Shown here piece after piece: positions 58,190-64,000 of a DNA stretch of 64,000 nucleotides. The position numbers were made by a program, and so were the translations under genes. Location: contig OZ250153.1 in assembly GCA_965237805.1 (NCBI GenBank), forward strand, positions 1,152,001 through 1,216,000, in the 5' to 3' direction. The notes below the pieces were generated by a model that was not told the DNA's origin, did not search any database, and saw only the letters and a list, made by a program, of their open reading frames with translations. This stretch comes from Gammaproteobacteria bacterium (GTDB lineage: Bacteria > Pseudomonadota > Gammaproteobacteria > JABABF01). Numbering within the stretch: position 1 is the stretch's first letter; each line of letters opens with the position of its first letter.

Positions 58190-58828
58190 ATGAGTGGTGT
58201 GCGAGAGCTCGTATTGGCCAGCGGCAACGCTGGCAAGCTGCGTGAGCTGGGTGCTCTGCTCGAACCGTTGGGTTGGCAGCTGGTGCCCCAAGCGGAGCTC
58301 GGGGTGGCACTTGTCGAGGAGACGGGCGTTGATTTCGAAGCCAATGCGCTCATCAAGGCGCGTCACGCGGCGTGTGTCACCGGCCTGCCTGCGCTGGCCG
58401 ACGATTCTGGTCTGGAGGTGGCGGCATTGGATGGTGCGCCGGGGGTGCGTTCGGCGCGCTATGCTGGTGGGTGCGCAGATGCTGCGGCCAATAACCGCAA
58501 ATTGTTGGCTGCGCTAGATGGCCTGCCACCAGCGCGGCGCGGGGCCTGTTTCCGCTGTGCCATCGCCTTGGTGCGCAGCGCCGACGATGCCCAGCCCCTG
58601 CTCGCCCAAGGGCGCTGGGACGGTCGCATCCTAGAGCGGCCACAGGGTGGGGGTGGCTTTGGCTATGATCCGCTGTTCGCGCCCGTCGGTGAGCTGTGCA
58701 GTGCCGCCGAGCTACCCTTTGAGCAAAAACAGCGGCGCAGCCATCGCGGCCAAGCACTGCGTGCGCTGTTGGCGCAGCTCCGCGCCGAGTACGGTGGGCG
58801 CGCCGAGGTGGCGGGTCTCGACACATGA
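58190..58828 (+). CDS. rdgB: dITP/XTP pyrophosphatase
   Basis: LASGNAGKLRE, EETG, NALIKA, ADDSGL, GFGYDPLF, SHRGQA. Confidence 0.95.
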   Translation: MSGVRELVLASGNAGKLRELGALLEPLGWQLVPQAELGVALVEETGVDFEANALIKARHAACVTGLPALADDSGLEVAALDGAPGVRSARYAGGCADAAANNRKLLAALDGLPPARRGACFRCAIALVRSADDAQPLLAQGRWDGRILERPQGGGGFGYDPLFAPVGELCSAAELPFEQKQRRSHRGQALRALLAQLRAEYGGRAEVAGLDT

Positions 58829-59988
58829 GCGCCACGCTGTTTCCGGCACCACAGCCCATAGCGCCGCCGCCGCTGTCCTTGTATGTCCATATTCCTTGGT
58901 GTGAATCCAAATGTCCGTACTGTGATTTCAACTCCCACACCATGGGCGGTGCGCTACCGGAGGACGACTATGTGGCGGCACTGCTCGCCGACCTAGAGGA
59001 GCAATTGCCCCGTGTGGCCGGGCGTTCACTGTGCTCGGTATTCATCGGTGGCGGTACGCCGAGTCTTTTCTCCGCCCACGCCATTGGTGCCCTGCTTGAG
59101 GGCATTGCACGGTGCCTGCCTTTCGCGCCGGAGTTGGAAATTACGCTGGAGGCCAATCCGGCCAGTGCCGAACAGCGGCGCTTCGCCGACTTCCGCGCAG
59201 CTGGTGTCAACCGCTTGTCCTTAGGTATTCAGAGCTTGGACGATACCGCGCTGGCGGCGTTGGGACGACGCCACGATGCCGCGCAGGCACGTGCGGCGGT
59301 GGCTGCCGCCAGTGCGGCCGGTTTCCAGCGGCTGAACTTGGATCTGATGCACGGCCTGCCGGGCCAGTCAGCCAGCGCTGCCCTCGATTCGCTACGCGAG
59401 GCGTTGGCGATGGCGACCGAGCACCTCTCTTGGTACCAGTTGACGCTGGAGCCCGGCACACCATTCCATCGCCGCCCGCCACCGCTACCCGGTGACGATG
59501 AGATCGCCGCTGTGCAAGAGCGGGGGGAGGCGCTGTTGGTTGCTGCCGGTTTGCTGCGCTACGAGATATCCGCTTTTGCCAGACCCGGTGGCGAAGCGCG
59601 CCATAATCTCAATTATTGGCACTTCGGTGACTACCTCGGTATCGGTGCTGGCGCACACGGCAAGCATTCTGACAGCGGCTTTGTGCGCCGTAGCGAAAGG
59701 CCGCCCCGCCCCGCCGATTATCTGCGCCGCCAAGCGGGTCGCGAGTGGGTGCCGCCCGCCGCCGAGTTGCCGCTGGAATACCTGATGAATGCACTGCGTC
59801 TGAGCGGCGGTGTACCCGCCGCTCAGTTCGCCGAGCGCACTGGCCTGCCCGTGGCCTGCATCGCCTCGTCGCTAGCTCAAGCGCGCGACGATGGCCTACT
59901 CGACCCAGACCCACAGCGCTTGGCTCCCACCGCCTTCGGCCAGAGCCATCTCAACGAGCTGTTGAGTCGCTTCCTACCGCTAGAATAG
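58825..59988 (+). CDS. hemW: Radical SAM heme chaperone HemW
   Basis: [44 protein letters not shown]. Confidence 0.93.
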   Translation: MSATLFPAPQPIAPPPLSLYVHIPWCESKCPYCDFNSHTMGGALPEDDYVAALLADLEEQLPRVAGRSLCSVFIGGGTPSLFSAHAIGALLEGIARCLPFAPELEITLEANPASAEQRRFADFRAAGVNRLSLGIQSLDDTALAALGRRHDAAQARAAVAAASAAGFQRLNLDLMHGLPGQSASAALDSLREALAMATEHLSWYQLTLEPGTPFHRRPPPLPGDDEIAAVQERGEALLVAAGLLRYEISAFARPGGEARHNLNYWHFGDYLGIGAGAHGKHSDSGFVRRSERPPRPADYLRRQAGREWVPPAAELPLEYLMNALRLSGGVPAAQFAERTGLPVACIASSLAQARDDGLLDPDPQRLAPTAFGQSHLNELLSRFLPLE

Positions 59989-59995
59989 ACAAATT

Positions 59996-60069
59996 GCGCC
60001 CGTAGCTCAGTTGGATAGAGTGTCGGCCTCCGAAGCCGAAGGTCACAGGTTCGAATCCTGTCGGGCGCG
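59996..60069 (+). tRNA. argX: tRNA-Arg(CCG); CCA not encoded
   Basis: Acceptor GCGCCCG/CGGGCGC+G; D arm GCTC-AGTTGGATA-GAGT; anticodon arm TCGGC-CT CCG AA-GCCGA; T arm ACAGG-TTCGAAT-CCTGT. Confidence 0.93.
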
Positions 60070-60572
60070 TTGGGAGTAGGGAGCGCAGCTCAGTTGGATA
60101 GAGTGTCGGCCTCCGCAGCCGAAGGTCACAGCTTCGAATCCTGTCGGGCGCGTTGGGAGTAGAGAGCGCAGCATCAGTTGGATAGAGTGTCGGCCCCCGC
60201 AGCCGAAGGTCCCAGCTTCGAATCCTGTCGGGCGCGTTGGGAGTAGGGAGCGCAGCATCAGTTGGATAGAGTGTCGGCCTCCGCAGCCGAAGGTCCCAGC
60301 TTCGAATCCTGTCGGGCGCGTTGGGAGTAGAGAGCGCAGCATCAGTTGGATAGAGTGTCGGCCTCCGCAGCCGAAGGTCCCAGCTTCGAATCCTGTCGGG
60401 CGCGTTGGGAGTAGAGAGCGCAGCATCAGTTGGATAGAGTGTTGGCCTCCGCAGCCGAAGGTCCCAGCTTCGAATCCTGTCGGGCGCGTTGGGAGTAGGG
60501 AGCGCAGCATCAGTTGGATAGAGTGTCGGCCTCCGCAGCCGAAGGTCGCAGCTTCGAATCCTGTCGGGCGCG
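60070..60572 (+). repeat. Six tandem degenerate tRNA-Arg-derived units (83 bp, then 5 x 84 bp)
   Basis: Units start TTGGGAGTAG at 60070, 60153, 60237, 60321, 60405 and 60489 and end CCTGTCGGGCGCG. Confidence 0.95.
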
Positions 60573-60605
60573 TTGGATCGACTAAGCGCAGCTGACAGTA
60601 GGGTC

Positions 60606-61493
60606 TCAGGGGTGCGTCAGTGCTTGGAAGTCCCCGATCATGTGTTTGAGGCCAACCATCAACGGGGTTTGTGCACGCCAATCGAGCAGTTCCAGTGCGC
60701 GCGATGGGTCGCCGTAGAAGTGCGAAGCATCGAAGCTGCGTTGTGGGGCCTCGACGGCCTTTGCCTTGGAATTGGTCAACTCGATTGCCATATCGGCCAA
60801 GTATCCCAGTGTGGTCGGTACGCCGGTCACCAGCTGGATGGGCGGTGGCAGATCGCCACCATCAAGCAAGTCGACCAGCGTGATCAAGCCTTGTGTCACA
60901 TCGTCGATATACACGAAGTCGAAAGTATGGCCTGCACCCTCGATCTGCAAGTTTGCGCCCTGCAATGCTGCGCACACAAAAGCTGGTACCACGCGGTCAG
61001 GGTGATCCGCCACGCTGCCGTAGACATTGGACAGCCGAATCACTGCCGTGCGCAGGCCAGCTGCGCACGCTTCTTGCGCCAAGTGTTCGCCAGCCACTTT
61101 GCTGTGGCCGTAGACATTGATGGGCCGCAAAGGCGTATCCTCGGTGACGGGCATCTTGTCGGGCTGTCCGTAGACTTCTCGGCTACTCGCGATAATCGCC
61201 CAAGAGCAACTGGTCGCCGCCTGCGCCGCCTGCAGCACATTGCGGGTGCCTTCGACATTAGTCGTGTGGCACTCTTCAGGTCGTTGTTCGCCCCATACCA
61301 CCCTTGAGACCGCACCCAAATGCACCACGCCACGGCAAGCTGCGATGGCGTCTGCCACCGCCGCACGATCGCATATATCATCGCCCTCGCTGAGATCAAA
61401 GGCGCGCACTTCCACGTTGCGCTTGCCCAGCTGCTGGCTCAGCGCGGCGCCGATCAGCCCCCTTGCGCCGGTGATGAGAATCGGGTTACTCAA
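60606..61493 (-). CDS. NAD-dependent nucleotide-sugar epimerase/dehydratase
   Basis: [40 protein letters not shown]. Confidence 0.88.
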   Translation of the reverse strand: MSNPILITGARGLIGAALSQQLGKRNVEVRAFDLSEGDDICDRAAVADAIAACRGVVHLGAVSRVVWGEQRPEECHTTNVEGTRNVLQAAQAATSCSWAIIASSREVYGQPDKMPVTEDTPLRPINVYGHSKVAGEHLAQEACAAGLRTAVIRLSNVYGSVADHPDRVVPAFVCAALQGANLQIEGAGHTFDFVYIDDVTQGLITLVDLLDGGDLPPPIQLVTGVPTTLGYLADMAIELTNSKAKAVEAPQRSFDASHFYGDPSRALELLDWRAQTPLMVGLKHMIGDFQALTHP

Positions 61494-61571
61494 AGTGCAG
61501 AGGCCTTGCGCGTACTCGCGCCGTCCATGCGATGCAATTAATCATATCCAAGGAGTTGCTCTGGGGTTTGT

Positions 61572-62768
61572 TCAGAGGCCAAGCGCAACAGCCGACGCGC
61601 TTGCTGCGGCTTCCAGCGCCACTACGCCGGGCAGCTCGCGACCCTCGGCGAATTGCAGAAAAGCGCCGCCGCCAGTAGAGCGATAGGATAGCTGCTCGGC
61701 AATGCCGTACAGCTCGATGGCCGCGAGGGTGTCGCCGCCGCCAGCCAGTGTGAAGCCAGCGCAGTCGGCTGCAGCGCACGCCAGCGCACGGGTGCCAGCG
61801 CTGAAAGCTGGTTTTTCAAACAGTCCCAGCGGGCCATTCCAGATCAAGGTGCCAGCCGTGCCCACCTCGGCTGCCACCTGCGCTGTGCTACTTGCCCCGA
61901 AATCGTAGATGGCCTCTTGGGGTCTGAGCTCGGTGACCTGGCAGCAGCGCGTCTGGGGTGCGTCCTGGCCCTCAGCTACCACCACATCCTTTGGCAGTAG
62001 CAGCTTGTCGCCGAGTGTCCCCGCCAGTGCTTGTGCTTCGTTCACGCAGTCTGGTTCAAACAGCGAGCTGCCGATTTCGTGGCCAGCAGCGGCGAGGAAA
62101 GTGTTGGCGATACCGCCACCGACGATCAGCCGATCCACTTTGGTGGCCAGTCGCCGTAATACCTTCAGCTTGGTCGAGATTTTGGCACCGCCGATCACTG
62201 CCACTATTGGCTTTGCCGGTGCGCTAAAAGCGCGCTCCAAGGCGACCAGCTCGGCCCTCAACAGCGGCCCAGCACAGGCCGCTAGGGCGTGTCCTGCGAT
62301 ACCGCAGGTCGAAGCGTGGGCACGGTGGGCAGTGGCGAAAGCATCCATGACGAAGATGTCCCCCAGCGCCGCGAGGCGGCGTGCCAGCGTTGGATTGTTG
62401 TCGGTTTCCCCGGCCAAGAAGCGCACATTTTCTAACAGGGCGACGCTTCCCGGCGTACAGTGCCATGCGGCCATCTCTGCATGCGGCACCAGTGGCACCT
62501 CCCGTCCCAGCATTTGTCCCAGCCAGCTGGCCACTGGGGCGAGGCTGAAAGCGGCGTTATCCGCTGCCGATGCCTGAGGTCGCGGGCGTCCCAAATGCGA
62601 CATCAACAGCGCGCCTGCACCACCGGCCAAGGCCGTGCGCACCGTTGGCAAAGCTGCCTCGAGGCGCGTTGCGGAGCCTATCGTCCCGTCGCTGTTCAGC
62701 GGCACATTGAAATCCATACGGATCACCAAGCATTTGCCAGCTGTCGGCACTTCGCTCAGATGGAGCAC
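61572..62768 (-). CDS. pgk: Phosphoglycerate kinase
   Basis: RMDFNVP, SHLGRP, LLENVRF, DAFATAHRAHAS, GGAKISTK, WNGPLG, STGGGAFL. Confidence 0.96.
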   Translation of the reverse strand: MLHLSEVPTAGKCLVIRMDFNVPLNSDGTIGSATRLEAALPTVRTALAGGAGALLMSHLGRPRPQASAADNAAFSLAPVASWLGQMLGREVPLVPHAEMAAWHCTPGSVALLENVRFLAGETDNNPTLARRLAALGDIFVMDAFATAHRAHASTCGIAGHALAACAGPLLRAELVALERAFSAPAKPIVAVIGGAKISTKLKVLRRLATKVDRLIVGGGIANTFLAAAGHEIGSSLFEPDCVNEAQALAGTLGDKLLLPKDVVVAEGQDAPQTRCCQVTELRPQEAIYDFGASSTAQVAAEVGTAGTLIWNGPLGLFEKPAFSAGTRALACAAADCAGFTLAGGGDTLAAIELYGIAEQLSYRSTGGGAFLQFAEGRELPGVVALEAAASASAVALGL

Positions 62769-62777
62769 GGTGCGTCG

Positions 62778-63824
62778 CTATGCTGATTTATCGGCGGCGG
62801 TCATGACGCGAGCCAATTCCAGTACGCGGTTGGCGTAGCTCCACTCACTATCGAACCACAGTAGCAGTTTCAGCAGGGTGCCGCCGATCACTTGGGTCTG
62901 GGTCGCATCGACGATGGCGGAATGGATGCGGTGGCAGAAGTCGATGGAGACCAGTGGCTCCTCACTGTAATCCAAGCTGCCGGACAGCGCCCCACTGGCC
63001 GCTGTTGCCAGCAGCTGGTTGGCAGCTGCGACATCGGTGTCACGGGCCAGCTGCAAGACCATGTCCATGGCCGATGCGTACAGCATGGGCAAGCGCATGG
63101 CGGTGGCGACGAAGCGCCCGGCCAGCCGTGGCAACACGCGACCGATGCCCTGTGCCAGACCGGTGTACACCGGTGCCAGTGAGCTGCTGGCGCGATTCTT
63201 GCGCAGCTCTTGCCCATCGCGATAGGCATCGAGTACAGCCTGGTCGTTCATCGCCGCGTGCAAGGTGGTGATCAGACCGTGCTCCACGCCCAGCGCCCGG
63301 TCGATCACATCGATCACCGGTGCCACCGCATGGGTGGTGCAGGAGGCGCAGGACACGATGTCGCCAGCAGTCGCCAGCGCCTCGCTGTTGACGCCGAGGA
63401 CGATGGCGGGTAGCTCCGCCACGCCGGGTTGGGACAGCAACAGTCGTTGGCTACCTGCTGTCAGATGACCGCCCAGTATTTCGCGCCCTGCGGCTTGGCC
63501 GCTGCACTCAAGCACCAGCTCGACTTCCAATTCAGCCCACGGCAAGTGCTCTGCCTGCCGCTCGCGGCACAGTTGCACGATGTCGCCATCGATGCACAGG
63601 TGGTTTGGGTCGTCGACTGCCACGGTGGTGTCAAAGCGCCCGTGGACGGAGTCGTGGCGCGTCAACTGCGCCATCGCTGCCGCCGTCGCCGCCGGAGCCG
63701 GTTCGTTGATGGCCACCACTTGCAATGCTTCACGGTGGCCTTGCTCGTAGAGCGCACGCAACACGCAACGCCCGATGCGCCCGTAGCCGCTGATGGCGAT
63801 GCGGGCAGCTGGGTGGGCGCTCAC
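62778..63824 (-). CDS. epd: Erythrose-4-phosphate dehydrogenase (GAPDH family)
   Basis: GYGRIGR, ASCTT, TTLHAAMNDQ.VLDAY, WFDSEWSYANR; tkt-epd-pgk synteny. Confidence 0.85.
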   Translation of the reverse strand: MSAHPAARIAISGYGRIGRCVLRALYEQGHREALQVVAINEPAPAATAAAMAQLTRHDSVHGRFDTTVAVDDPNHLCIDGDIVQLCRERQAEHLPWAELEVELVLECSGQAAGREILGGHLTAGSQRLLLSQPGVAELPAIVLGVNSEALATAGDIVSCASCTTHAVAPVIDVIDRALGVEHGLITTLHAAMNDQAVLDAYRDGQELRKNRASSSLAPVYTGLAQGIGRVLPRLAGRFVATAMRLPMLYASAMDMVLQLARDTDVAAANQLLATAASGALSGSLDYSEEPLVSIDFCHRIHSAIVDATQTQVIGGTLLKLLLWFDSEWSYANRVLELARVMTAADKSA

Positions 63825-63899
63825 GGCTGTCGTAGCAGAATCTGCTCTGCGGTCGTGCCTGCCGGCGATTGACTACTCACGCGGCCCCGGCATCCAGTA

Positions 63900-64000
63900 C
63901 TAAGCCGCCAGCAGCTGGCGCAATTGGGCGGTGACCGCCTTGACGCTGAAGCCGAAATGCTCCAGTACCTCCGCCCCGGGGCCAGAGGCACCAAAGCGGT
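63900..64000 (-). CDS. tkt: Transketolase C-terminus (partial, runs off the window)
   Basis: RFGASGPGAEVLEHFGFSVKAV...-stop, upstream of epd. Confidence 0.8.
   Translation of the reverse strand, partial: RFGASGPGAEVLEHFGFSVKAVTAQLRQLLAA

Noticed and set aside
60029-60034. A37 rather than G37 in tRNA-Arg(CCG)
   Set aside because: CCG-AA loops occur in other gammaproteobacterial tRNA-Arg(CCG) genes, so this is not unusual
60070-60572. CRISPR array
   Set aside because: There are no unique spacers; the units are near-identical throughout and tRNA-derived, and no cas genes are in the window
60043-60681. 212-aa minus-strand ORF with 28-aa repeats
   Set aside because: It is the antisense reading of the 84-bp tRNA repeat and overlaps both the tRNA and the epimerase. 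An open frame is expected when a unit length is divisible by 3.

Overview
High-GC gammaproteobacterial chromosome segment with Pseudomonas/Cellvibrionales-like synteny. Housekeeping blocks: maeB, rpmE-priA-argS-SPOR-hslVU-ubiEJB-hisIE-tatABC, tolC/waaA, gshA-dsbB, rpsF-rpsR-rplI-dnaB, ubiCA, recG, gmk-rpoZ-spoT-ridA, pyrE/argB, rdgB-hemW and tkt-epd-pgk. Genes are tightly packed, often with ATGA overlaps. Accessory elements: (1) a tRNA-Arg(CCG) gene followed by six tandem 83-84 bp tRNA-derived units that keep the anticodon arm but share changes expected to inactivate them; (2) five tandem, AT-richer GT10 (alpha-1,3-fucosyltransferase-like) paralogues, with mosaic variable patches around the active site and a co-amplified pseudogene tail; (3) a GT4/ABC exporter/methyltransferase/prenyltransferase-fold/Methyltransf_24 cluster of unknown product; (4) a defence-like islet encoding a HARE-HTH + GIY-YIG protein and a YafQ/DinJ-type toxin-antitoxin pair; (5) scattered steroid-catabolism-like genes (CYP125-like P450, KstD-like dehydrogenase, SDR); (6) a 117-bp duplication in rpsF, several gene remnants, and a densely hairpinned element at the window start. 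No CRISPR array, integrase or transposase was seen. All family calls come from motif recognition by eye; no database searches were run.
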